A DNA stretch of 55,430 nucleotides, the filler included, from Scyliorhinus canicula (lineage: Eukaryota), in assembly GCF_902713615.1 (NCBI RefSeq). It is 3 parts of 3 records of this genome, joined end to end, with 100 filler letters (N's around TTAATTAATTAA, not from the genome) between each part and the next. Parts side by side here need not be neighbours in the genome. Positions count along the whole stretch, not along the records: positions 22,499 to 43,317 come from NC_052174.1; positions 43,418 to 55,430 come from NC_052161.1; 1 more part is not named here. One strand, written 5' to 3'. The stretch's first letter is position 1. Each line of letters begins with the position of its first letter. The position numbers were made by a program, and so were the translations under genes. The notes below the pieces were generated by a model that saw only the letters and a program-made list of their open reading frames with translations, did not search any database and was not told where the DNA came from. Shown here piece by piece: positions 32,337-44,338 of the stretch.

Positions 32337-34060
32337 GTCACTCCCTCCGTCACTCCCTGTGTCACTCCCAGTGTCACTCACTCCGACGCTCTCTGTGTCA
32401 CTCCCAGTGTCACTCCCCGTGTCACTCCCAGTGTCACTCCCTCCGACACTCTCTGTGTCACTCCCCGTTTCACTCCCTCCATCACTCCCTGTGTCATTCC
32501 CCACGTCACTACCTCCGTCATTCCCCGCATCACTCCCTGTGTCACTCTCCGCATCACTCCCTCCGTCACTCCCTGTGTCATTCCCCACGTCACTCCCTCC
32601 GTCATTCCCCGCATCACTCCCCGTGTCACTCCCAGTGTCACTCCCTCCGACACTCTCTGTGTCACTCCCCGTTTCACTCCCTCCGTCACTCCCTGTGTCA
32701 TTCCCCACGTCACTCCCTCCGTCATTCCCCGCATCACTCCCTGTGTCACTCCCAGTGTCACTCCCTCCGACACTCTCTGTGTCACTCCCAGTGAAAATGA
32801 AATGAAATGAAAATCGCTTATTGTCACGAGTAGGTTTCAATGAAGTTACTGTGAAAAGCCCCTAGTCGCCACATTCCGGCGCCTGTTCGGGGAGGCTGGT
32901 GCGGGAATCAAACCGTGCTGCTGGCCTGCTTGGTCTGCTTTAAAAGCCAGCGATTTAGCCTGGTGAGCCCTCCATCACTCCCTGTGTCATTCCCCACGTC
33001 ACTACCTCCATCACTCCCTGCGTCACTCCCTGTGTCACTCTCTGTGTCACTCCCCACATCACTCCCCGCATCACTCCCTGCATCACTTCCCGCGTCACTC
33101 CCTCCATCACTCCCTGTGTCACTCCCAGTGTCACTCCCTCCGACACTCTCTGTGTCACTCCCCGTTTCACTCCCTCCGTCACTCCCTGTGTCATTCCCCA
33201 CGTCACTACCTCCGTCATTCCCCGCATCACTCCGTGTGTCACTCTCCGCATCACTCCCCGTGTCACTCTCCGCATCACTCCCTGCGTCACTCCCTGTGTC
33301 ACTCTCTGTGTCACTCCCTGCATCACTTCCTGCGTCACTCCCTCCGTCACTCCCCGTGTCACTCCCTCCGACACTCTCCGTGTCACTCTCTGTGTCACTC
33401 TCTGTGTCACTCTCTGTGTCACTCTCTGTGTCACTCTCCGTGTCACTCCCTCCGTCACTCCCTGTGTCATTCCCCACGTCACTCCCTCCGTCATTCCGCG
33501 CATCACTCACTGTGTCACTCCCCGTTTCACTCCCTGCGTCACTCCCTGTGTCACTCTCTGTGTCACTCCCTGCGTCACTCCCTGTGTCACTCTCTGTGTC
33601 GCTCCCCACATCACTCCCTGCATCACTTCCCGCGTCACTTCCTCCATCACTCCCTGTGTCACTCCCTGTGTCACTCCCCGTGTCACTCCCTCTGTTACTC
33701 TCTGTGTCACTCACCGTGTCACTCCCTCCATCACTCTCTGCGTCACTCCCCGTGTCACTCCCTCCATCACTCCCTGTGTCACACCCCGTGTCAGTCCCTG
33801 TGTCACTCTCTGCGTCACACCCCGTGTCACTCCCTCCATCACTCTCTGCGTCACACCCCGAGTCACTCCCTCCATCACTCTCTGCGTCACACCCCGTGTC
33901 ACTCCCTCCATCACTCTCTGCGTCACACCCCGTGTCACTCCCTCCATCACTCTCTGCGTCACTCCCCGTGTCACTCCCTCCATCACTCCCTGTGTCACAC
34001 CCCGTGTCAGTCCCTGTGTCACTCCCTGCGTCACACCCCGTGTCACTCCCTGCGACACTC
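32337..34060. repeat. 12-bp GTCACTCCCTGT-type minisatellite in intron 4, interrupted by a SINE (32793-32968, minus strand)
   Basis: Periodicity is visible directly; the SINE matches the (CATTT)-tail family. Confidence 0.93.
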
Positions 34061-34121
34061 CCACCTTCCAGCTGTTGCAGCCCAGCGCACTCACATACAT
34101 CTGCTCTTCCCTCTTTGACAG

Positions 34122-34258
34122 TACATCGAGCTGAAGTTTGAGAAGTTTGGCGTGGAGAGCGATAACTACTGTCGATACGACTATGTCGCTGTCTTCAATG
34201 GCGGCAGGAACGACGAAACTCTGCGAGCTGGGAAGTTCTGCGGAGATCAGCCTCCTGA
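34122..34258 (+). CDS. PCOLCE: PCOLCE-like exon 5 (CUB2 middle)
   Basis: 137-nt exon, phase 0 to 2: [45 protein letters not shown]; GTAAGC donor. Exons 1 and 6 onward were not found in the window. Confidence 0.9.
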
Positions 34259-34454
34259 GTAAGCGCAGATTTCAGTAACTCGGGCGGTGGCTGATTGGCC
34301 CGTGTGTGATTACACCGAATCACAGAGCTCAGGGAGAGGCCGTTCAGCCCTTTGTGCTGTACAGGCTGTGTGTGAAAGAGCTGACCAATGAATTACACTC
34401 CCTGCCTTGTCCACAAACTGTGTAAATTATACAAGCTGTATAATCGGATCGTGT

Positions 34455-36581
34455 GGAGATGTTACAGATGGAGTGGCAGAGATGTTACAGGCAGAATGTG
34501 CGGAGATGTTACAGGCGGAGTGTGCAGAGATGTTACAGGCAGAATGTGCGGAGATGTTACAGGCGGAGTGTGCAGAGATGTTACAGGCGGAGTGTGCGGA
34601 GATGTTACAGGCGGAGTGTGCGGAGATGTTACAGGCGGAGTGTGCGGAGATGTTACAGGCAGAATGTGCGGAGATGTTACAGGCGGAGTGTGCAGAGATG
34701 TTACAGGCGGAGTGTGCGGAGATGTTACAGGCGGAGTGTGTGGAGATGTTACAGACGGAGCGTGCGGAGATGTTACAGACGGAGTGTGGAGAGATGTTAC
34801 AGGCGGAGTGTGCAGAGATGTTACAGGCAGAATGTGCGGAGATGTTACAGGCGGAGTGTGTGGAGATGTTACAGGCGGAGTGTGCGGAGATGTTACAGGC
34901 GGAGTGTGCGGAGATGTTACAGACGGAGTGTGCGGAGATGTTACAGGCGGAGTGTGTGGATGTGTTACAGGCGGAGTGTGCGGAGATGTTACAGGCGGAG
35001 TGTGTGGAGATGTTACAGGCGGAGTGTGTGGAGATGTTACAGACGGAGCGTGCGGAGATGTTACAGGCGGAGTGTGCGGAGATGTTACAGGCGGAATGTC
35101 CGGAGATGTTACAGGCAGAGTGTGTGGCGATGTTACAGGTGGAGTGTGTGGAGATGTTATAGACGGAGTGTCCGGAGATGTTACAGGCAGAGTGTGTGGC
35201 GATGTTACAGGCGGAATGTATGGAGATGTTACAGGCGGAGTGTGCGGAGATGTTACAGGCGGAGTGTGCGGAGATGTTACAGGCGGAGTGTGCGGAGATG
35301 TTACAGGCGGAATGTGCGGAGATGTTACAGGTAGAATGTGCGGAGATGTTACAGGCGGCGTGTGCGGCGATGTTACAGGCGGAGTGTGCGGAGATGTTAC
35401 AGGCGGAGTGTGCGGAGATGTTAGAGACGGAGTGTGCGGAGATGTTACAGGCGGAGTGTGGAGAGATGTTACAGGCGGAGTGTGCGGAGATGTTACAGGT
35501 GGAGTGTGCGGAGATGTTACAGACGGAGTGTGCGGAGATGTTACAGGCGGAGTGTGTGGATGTGTTACAGGCGGAGTGTGCGGAGATGTTACAGGCGGAG
35601 TGTGCGGAGATGTTACAGGCGGAGTGTGTGGAGATGTTACAGGCGGAGTGTGCAGAGATGTTACAGGCAGAATGTGCGTAGATGTTACAGGCGGAGTGTG
35701 GAGAGATGTTACAGGCGGAGTGTGCGGGGATGTTACAGGCGGAGTGTGCGGAGATGTTACAGACGGAGTGTGCGGAGATGTTACAGGCGGAGTGTGTGGA
35801 TGTGTTACAGGCGGAGTGTGCGGAGATGTTACAGGCGGAGTGTGTGGAGATGTTACAGGCGGAGTGTGTGGAGATGTTACAGGTGGAGTGTGTGGAGATG
35901 TTACAGGCGGAGTGTGTGGATGTGTTACAGGCGGAGTGTGCGGAGATGTTACAGGCGGAGTGTGTGGAGATGTTACAGGCGGAGTGTGTGGAGATGTTAC
36001 AGGTGGAGTGTGTGGCGATGTTACAGGCGGAGTGTGTGGAGATGTTACAGGCGGAGTGTGCGGAGATGTTACAGGCGGAGTGTGTGGAGATGTTACAGGC
36101 GGAGTGTGTGGAGATGTTACAGACGGAGCGTGCGGAGATGTTACAGGCGGAGTGTGCGGAGATGTTACAGGCGGAATGTCCGGAGATGTTACAGGCAGAG
36201 TGTGTGGCGATGTTACAGGTGGAGTGTGTGGAGATGTTATAGACGGAGTGTCCGGAGATGTTACAGGCAGAGTGTGTGGCGATGTTACAGGCGGAATGTA
36301 TGGAGATGTTACAGGCAGAGTGTGCGGAGATGTTACAGGCGGAGTGTGCGGAGATGTTACAGGCGGAGTGTGCGGAGATGTTACAGGCGGAATGTGCGGA
36401 GATGTTACAGGTAGAATGTGCGGAGATGTTACAGGCGGCGTGTGCGGCGATGTTACAGGCGGAGTGTGCGGAGATGTTACAGGCGGAGTGTGCGGAGATG
36501 TTAGAGACGGAGTGTGCGGAGATGTTACAGGCGGAGTGTGGAGAGATGTTACAGGCGGAGTGTGCAGAGATGTTACAGGCG
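34455..36581. repeat. 24-bp minisatellite GGAGATGTTACAGGCGGAGTGTGC
   Basis: Periodicity is visible directly; runs into a 500-N gap (36582-37081). Confidence 0.96.
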
Positions 36582-37081
36582 NNNNNNNNNNNNNNNNNNN
36601 NNNNNNNNNNNNNNNNNNNNNNNNNNNNNNNNNNNNNNNNNNNNNNNNNNNNNNNNNNNNNNNNNNNNNNNNNNNNNNNNNNNNNNNNNNNNNNNNNNNN
36701 NNNNNNNNNNNNNNNNNNNNNNNNNNNNNNNNNNNNNNNNNNNNNNNNNNNNNNNNNNNNNNNNNNNNNNNNNNNNNNNNNNNNNNNNNNNNNNNNNNNN
36801 NNNNNNNNNNNNNNNNNNNNNNNNNNNNNNNNNNNNNNNNNNNNNNNNNNNNNNNNNNNNNNNNNNNNNNNNNNNNNNNNNNNNNNNNNNNNNNNNNNNN
36901 NNNNNNNNNNNNNNNNNNNNNNNNNNNNNNNNNNNNNNNNNNNNNNNNNNNNNNNNNNNNNNNNNNNNNNNNNNNNNNNNNNNNNNNNNNNNNNNNNNNN
37001 NNNNNNNNNNNNNNNNNNNNNNNNNNNNNNNNNNNNNNNNNNNNNNNNNNNNNNNNNNNNNNNNNNNNNNNNNNNNNNNNN

Positions 37082-37835
37082 CAGCACAGCCTGGGAGGCA
37101 TGGCCCATGCAGCACAGCTTGGGAGGCAGGGCCCGCTCAGCTAAGCCTGGGAGGCAAGGCCCGCTCAGCACAGCCTGGGAGGCAGGGCCTGCTCAGCACA
37201 GCCTGGGAGGCAGGCCTCAGGCCTGCTCAGCACAGCCTGGGAGGTTGGGACCTCTCAGCACAGCCTGGGAGGCAGGGCCTGCCCAGCGCAGCCTGGGAGG
37301 CAGGCCTCAGGCCTGCTCAGCACAGCCTGGGAGGCAGGGCCCGCTCAGCACAGCCTGGGAGGCAGGCCTCAGGCCTGCTCAGCACAGCCTGGGAGGTTGG
37401 GACCGCTCAGCACAGCCTGGGAGGCAGGGCCTGCCCAGCGCAGCCTGGGAGGCAGGCCTCAGGCCTGCTCAGCACAGCCTGGGAGGCAGGGCCCGCTCAG
37501 CACAGCCTGGGAGGCAGGGCCCGCTCAGCACAGCCTGGGTGGTTGGTCTGTTCAGCACAGCCTGGGAGGCAGGGTCTGTTCAGCACAGCCTGGGAGGCAG
37601 GGCCTGCCCAGCACACCCTGGGAGGTTGGTCTGTTCAGCACAGCCTGGGAGGCAGGGCCTGCTCAGCACAGCCTGGGAGACAGGGCCCGCCCAGCACAGC
37701 CTGGGAGGCAGGGCCCACTCAGCACAGCCTGGGAGACAGGGCCCGCTCAGCACAGCCTGGGAGGCAGGGCCCGCCCAGCACAGCCTGGGAGACAGGGCCT
37801 GCCCAGCACACCCTGGGAGGTTGGTCTGTTCAGCA
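37082..37835. repeat. ~28-bp GC-rich minisatellite CAGCACAGCCTGGGAGGCAGGGCCCGCT
   Basis: Periodicity is visible directly, with length variants. Confidence 0.93.
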
Positions 37836-38150
37836 TTGTCCCCAGAACCCTGTTAGTCAGGGGAAACCTCCGGTTAACGAGACAATTGGATCTGTGGGCA
37901 GTTATTCCATTATCATGTTGGGCGTTGCAGGGGCAGCATTCAATGCCCATCCCTAACTTCCCTTAAACTGAGCCTCTCGCTTGACCATTTCAGAGTCGAC
38001 CCCATTGCTGTGTGTCTGGAGTCACGTGCAGGCCAGACGGCAGATTTCCTTCTCTGAAGGACATTAGTGACCCAGACGGGTTTTTACCACAATCGATGAT
38101 AGTTCCCTGGTCAACATTACTTAGACTAGCTTTATAATTCTAGATTTATT

Positions 38151-41100
38151 TACAACCCTCCCTATCTCTGTAACCTCCTCCAGCCCCTAGAACCCCTCCC
38201 TATCTCTGTAACCTCCTCCAGCCCCCTACACCCCTCCCTATCTCTGTAACATCCTCCAGCCCCTACACCCCCTCCCTATCTCTGTAACCTCCTCCAGCCC
38301 CTACACCCCTCCCTATCTCTGTAACCTCCTCCAGCCCCTTCACCCCTCCCTATCTCTGTAACCTCCTCCAGCCCCTACACACCCTCCCTATCTCTGTAAC
38401 CTCCTCCAGCCCCTAGAACCCCTCCCTATCTCTGTAACCTCCTCCAGCCCCCTACACCCCTCCCTATCTCTGTAACCTCCTCCAGCCCCTACACCCCTCC
38501 CTATCCCTGTAACCTCCCCCAGCCCCTACACCCCCTCCCTATCTCTGTAACCTCCTCCAGCCCCTACACCCCTCCCTATCTCTGTAACCCCCTCCAGCCC
38601 CTACACCCCCCCTATCTCTGTAACCTCCTCCAGCCCCTACACACCCTCCCTATCCCTGTAACCTCCTCCAGCCCCTACAACCCCTCCCTATCTCTGTAAC
38701 CTCCTCCAGCCCCTTCACCCCTCCCTATCTCTGTAACCTCCTCCAGCCCCTCCACCCCTCCCTATCTCTGTAACCTCCTCCAGCCCCTATACCCTCCTCC
38801 CTATCTCTGTAACCTCCTCCAGCCCCTACAACCCTCCCTATCTCTGTAACCTCCTCCAGCCCCTACACCCTCCCTATCTCTGTAACCTCCTCCAGCCCCT
38901 ACAACCCTCCCTATCTCTGTAACCTCCTCCAGCCCCTACAACCCTCCCTATCTCTGTAACCTCCTCCAGCCCCTACACCCCTCCCTATCTCTGTAACCTC
39001 CTCCAGCCCCTACAACCCTCTCTATCTCTGTAACTTCCTCCAGCCCCTACCACCCTCCCTACCTCTGTAACCACCTCCAGCCCGCTACACCCCTCCCTAT
39101 CTCTGTAACCTCCTCCAGTCCCCTACACCCCTCCCTATCTCTGTAACCCCTTCCAACCCTCCCTATCTCTGTAACCTCCTCCAGCCCTATACCTCTCCCT
39201 ATCTCTGTAACCTCCTCCAGCCCCTACAACCCTCCCTATCTCTGTAACCTCCTCCAGCCCCTACAACCCTCCCTATCTCTGTAACCTCCTCCAGCCCCTA
39301 CAACCCTCCCTATCTCTGTAACCTCCTCCAGCCCCTACACCCCTCCCTATCTCTGTAACCTCCTCCAGCCCCTACAACCCTCCCTACCTCTGTAACCTCC
39401 TCCAGCCCCTACACCCCTCCCTATCTCTGTAACCTCCTCCAGCCCCTACAACCCTCCCTATCTCTGTAACCTCCTCCAGCCCCTACAACCCTCCCTATCG
39501 CTGTAACCTCCTCCAGTCCCTACAACCCTCCCTATCTCTGTAACCTCCTCCAGCCACTACAACCCCTCCCTATCTCTGTAACCTCCTCCAGCCCCTATAC
39601 CCTCCCTATCTCTGTAACCTCCCCCAGCCCCTACAACCCTCCCTATCTCTGTAACCCCCTACAGCCCTCCCTATCTCTGTAACCTCCTCCAGCCCCTACA
39701 ACCCTCCCTATCTCTGTAACCTCCTCCAGCCCCTACAACCCTCCCTATCTCTGTAACCTCCTCCAGCCCCTACACCCCTCCCTATCTCTGTAACCTCCTC
39801 CAGCCCCTACAAACCCTCTCTACCTCTGTAACATCCTCCAGCCCCTACCACCCTCCCTACCTCTGTAACCTCCTCCAGCCCCTACACCCCTCCCTATCTC
39901 TGTAACCTCCTCCAGCCCCTACAACCCTCCCTATCTCTGTAACCTCCTCCAGCCCCTACAACCCTCCCTATCGCTGTAACCTCCTCCAGCCCCTACACAC
40001 CCTCCCTATCTCTGTAACCTCATCCAGCCCCTACAACCCTCCCTATCTCTGTAACCTCCTCCAGCCCCTACACCCCTCCCTATCTCTGTAACCTCCTCCA
40101 GTCCCCTACAACCCTCCCTATCTCTGTAACCCCCTCCAGCCTCTACACCCCCTCCTATCTCTGTAACATCCTCAGCCCCTACACCCCCTCCCTATCTCAG
40201 TAACCTCCTCCAGTCCCTACACCCCGTCCCTATCTCTGTAACATCCTCCAGCCCCCTACACCCCTCCCTATCTCTGTAACCTCCTCCAGCCCCTACACCC
40301 CCTCCCTATCTCTGTAACCTCCTCCAGCCTCTACACCCCTCCCTATCTCTGTAACCTCCTCCAGCCCCTACAACCCTCCCTATCTCTGTAACCTCCTCCA
40401 GTCCCTACACCCCTCCCTATCTCTGTAACCTCCTCCAGCCCCTACACCCCTCCCTATCTCTGTAACCTCCTCCAGCCCCTACACCCCTCCCTATCTCTGT
40501 AACCTCCTCCAGCCCCTACACCCTCCCTATCTCTGTAACCTCCTCCAGTCCCCTACAACCCTCCCTATCTCTGTAACCTCCTCCAGCCCCTACACCCCTC
40601 CCTATCTCTGTAACCTCCTCCAGCCCCTACAACCCTCCCTATCTCTGTAACCTCCTCCAGCCCCTACATCCCTCCCTATCTCTGTAACCTCCTCCAGCTC
40701 CTACACCCCCTCCCTATCTCTGTAACCTCCTCCAGGCCCCTACACCCCTCCCTATCTCTGTAACCTCCTCCAGCCCCTACAACCCTCCCTATCTCTGTAA
40801 CCTCCTCCAGCCCCCTACACCCCTCCCTATCTCTGTAACCTCCTCCAGCTCCTACATCCCCTCCCTATCTCTGTAACCTCCTCCAGCCCCTACACCCCTC
40901 CCTATCTCTGTAACCTCCCTCCAGCCCCTACACCCCTCCCTATCTCTGTAACCTCCTCCAGCCCCTACACCCTCCCTATCTCTGTAACCTCCTCCAGCCC
41001 CTACACCCTCCCTATCTCTGTAACCTCCTCCAGCCCCTACAACCCCTCCCTATCTCTGTAACCTCCTCCAGCCCCTACAACCCTCCCTATCTCTGTAACC

Positions 41101-43200
41101 TCCTCCAGCCCCTACAACCCCTCCCTATCTCTGTAACCTCCTCCAGCCCCTACAACCCTCCCTATCTCTGTAACCTCCTCCAGCCCCTACACCCTCCCTA
41201 TCTCTGTAACCTCCTCCAGCCCCTACAACCCTCCCTATCTCTGTAACCTCCTCCAGCCCCTACACCCCTCCCTATCTCTGTAACCTCCTCCAGCCCCTAC
41301 ACCCCTCCCTATCTCTGTAACCTCCTCCAGCCCCTACAACCCTCCCTATCTCTGTAACCTCCTCCAGCCCCTACAACCCTCCCTATCTCTGTAACCTCCT
41401 CCAGCCCCTACAACCCTCCCTATCTCTGTAACCTCCTCCAGCCCCTACAACCCCTCCCTATCTCTGTAACCTCCTCCAGCCCCTACACCCCTCCCTATCT
41501 CTGTAACCTCCTCCAGCCCCTACAACCCTCCCTATCTCTGTAACCTCCTCCAGCCCCTACACCCTCCCTATCTCTGTAACCTCCTCCAGCCCCTACACCC
41601 CTCCCTATCTCTGTAACCTCCTCCAGCCCCTACAACCCTCCCTATCTCTGTAACCTCCTCCAGCCCCTACAACCCTCCCTATCTCTGTAACCTCCTCCAG
41701 CCCCTACACCCCTCCCTATCTCTGTAACCTCCTCCAGCCCCTACAACCCTCCCTATCTCTGTAACCTCCTCCAGCCCCTACACCCCTCCCTATCTCTGTA
41801 ACCTCCTCCAGCCCCTACAACCCTCCCTATCTCTGTAACCTCCTCCAGCCCCTACACCCCCTCCCTATCTCTGTAACCTCCTCCAGCCCCTACACCCCTC
41901 CCTATCTCTGTAACCTCCTCCAGTCCCCTACACCCCTCCCTATCTCTGTAACCTCCTCCAGCCCCCTACACCCCTCCCTATCTCTGTAACCTCCTCCAGC
42001 CCCTACAACCCCTCCCTATCTCTGTAACCTCCTCCAGCCTCCTACACCCCTCCCTATCTCTGTAACCTCCTCCAGCCCCTACAACCCTCCCTATCTCTGT
42101 AACCTCCTCCAGCCCCTACACCCCTCCCTATCTCTGTAACCTCCTCCAGCCCCTACAACCCCTCCCTATCTCTGTAACCTCCTCCAGCCCCTACACCCCT
42201 CCCTATCTCTGTAACCTCCTCCAGCCCCTACAACCCTCCCTATCTCTGTAACCTCCTCCAGTCCCCTACAACCCCTCCCTATCTCTGTAACCTCCTCCAG
42301 CCCCCTACACCCCTCCCTATCTCTGTAACCTCCTCCAGCCCCTACAACCCCTCCCTATCTCTGTAACCTCCTCCAGCCCCTACACCCCTCCCTATCTCTG
42401 TAACCTCCTCCAGCCCCTACAACCCCTCTCCCTATCTCTGTAACCTCCTCCAGCCCCTACACCCCTCCCTATCTCTGTAACCTCCTCCAGCCCCTACAAC
42501 CCTCCCTATCTCTGTAACCTCCTCCAGCCCCTACACCCCTCCCTATCTCTGTAACCTCCTCCAGCTCCTACACCCCTCTCCCTATCTCTGTAACCTCCTC
42601 CAGCCCCTACACCCCTCCCTATCTCTGTAACCTCCCCAGCCCCTACACCCCTCCCTATCTCTGTAACCTCCTCCAGCCCCTACACCCCTCCCTATCTCTG
42701 TAACCTCCTCCAGCCCCTACACCCCTCCCTATCTCTGTAACCTCCTCCAGTCCCTACAACCCTCCCTATCTCTGTAACCTCCTCCAGCCCCTACAACCCT
42801 CCCTATCTCTGTAACCTCCTCCAGCCCCTACACCCCTCCCTATCTCTGTAACCTCCTGCCAGCCCCTACACCCCTCCCTATCTCTGTAACCTCCTCCAGC
42901 CCCTACAACCCTCCCTATCTCTGTAACCTCCTCCAGCCCCTACAACCCTCCCTATCTCTGTAACCTCCTCCAGTCCCTACACCCCTCCCTATCTCTGTAA
43001 CCTCCTCCAGCCCCTACAGCCCTCCCTATCTCTGTAACCTCCTCCAGCCCCTACACCCCCTCCCTATCTCTGTAACCTCCTCCAGCCCCTACAACCCTCC
43101 CTATCTCTGTAACCTCCTCCAGCTCCTACACCCCCTCTCCCTATCTCTGTAACCTCCTACAGCCCCTACACCCCTCCCTATCTCTGTAACCCCCTCCACC
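38151..43200. repeat. ~37-bp satellite ACCCTCCCTATCTCTGTAACCTCCTCCAGCCCCTACA (roughly 135 units)
   Basis: Periodicity is visible directly; continues into non-repeated L2-like sequence. Confidence 0.97.
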
Positions 43201-43317
43201 CCGACCACTCTCCGAGATCTCTGTGCCGCTTGAACATCCCCCATTCCCATCGCTCCACCATTCGCGCCTCCAGCTCCCTGGGGGCCTCAGCTCTGGAATT
43301 CACTTCTTCACCCTTTC
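43200..43317 (+). mobile_element. L2-type LINE ORF2 C-terminal relic contiguous with the 37-bp satellite
   Basis: Decayed translation PRSL...IP...RSTI(..)RA.S.LG..LWNSL resembles the L2 RT tail. Confidence 0.6.
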
Positions 43318-43417
43318 NNNNNNNNNNNNNNNNNNNNNNNNNNNNNNNNNNNNNNNNNNNNTTAATTAATTAANNNNNNNNNNNNNNNNNNNNNNNNNNN
43401 NNNNNNNNNNNNNNNNN
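43318..43417. other. Assembly spacer N44-TTAATTAATTAA-N44
   Basis: Same artificial 100-nt structure as 22399-22498 (12-mer at 43362-43373). Confidence 0.95.
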
Positions 43418-44338
43418 TCCCACTGTACACAATCCCCATGGAACCAAACCTCTTCCCCATTCACACCCACACTGTACACAATCCCAATGGACCAAACCCC
43501 TTCCCATTCAGTCCCACTGTACACAATCCCAATGGACCCAAACCCTTCCCATTCACCACCCCCAGTACACACAATCCCAATGGACCCAAACCCCTACCCG
43601 TTCACCCCCACTGTACACAACCACAATGGACCCAAACCCCTTTCCGTTCATTCCCACTGTACACAATCCCAATGGACCCAAACCCCTTCCCGTTCACCCC
43701 ACTGTACACAATCCCAATGGACCCAAACCCCTCCCCGTTCACTCCCACTGTACACAATCCCAATGGACTCAATCCCTTCCCGTTCACTCCCACTGTACAC
43801 AATCCCAATGGACCCAAACCCCTTCCCGTTCCCCCACTGTACACAATCCCAATGGACCCAAACCCCTTCCCGTTCCCCCCACTGTACACAATCCCAATGG
43901 ACCCAAACCCCTCCCGTTCACTCCCACTGTACACAATCCCAATGGACACAAACCCCTTCCCGTTCATTCCCACTGTCCAAAATCCCAATGGACCCAAACC
44001 CCTTCCCATTCACCCCCACTGTACACAATCCCAATGGACCCAAGCCCCTTCCCGTTCACCCCCACTGTACAAAATCCCAATGGACCCAAACCCCTTCCCA
44101 TTCACTCCCACTGTACACAATCCCAATGGACACAAACCCCTTCCCGTTCACTCCCATTGTCCGCAATCCCAATGGACACAACCCCCTTCCCGTTCAGACT
44201 CACTGTACAAAATCCCAATGGACCCAAAACCCTTCCCGGTCACACCCACTGTACACAATCCCAATGGACCCAAACAACTTCCCGTTCACTCCCACTGTAC
44301 ACAATCCCAATGGACCCAAACCCCTTCCCGTTTACTCC

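Noticed and set aside
32241-37956. Mucin-like, Cys-rich and His-rich repeat ORFs (SLPV, DVTGGVCG, MLQAECAE, AQHSLGG)
   Set aside because: Minisatellite translations in several frames at once, with no coding asymmetry; some run through N gaps.
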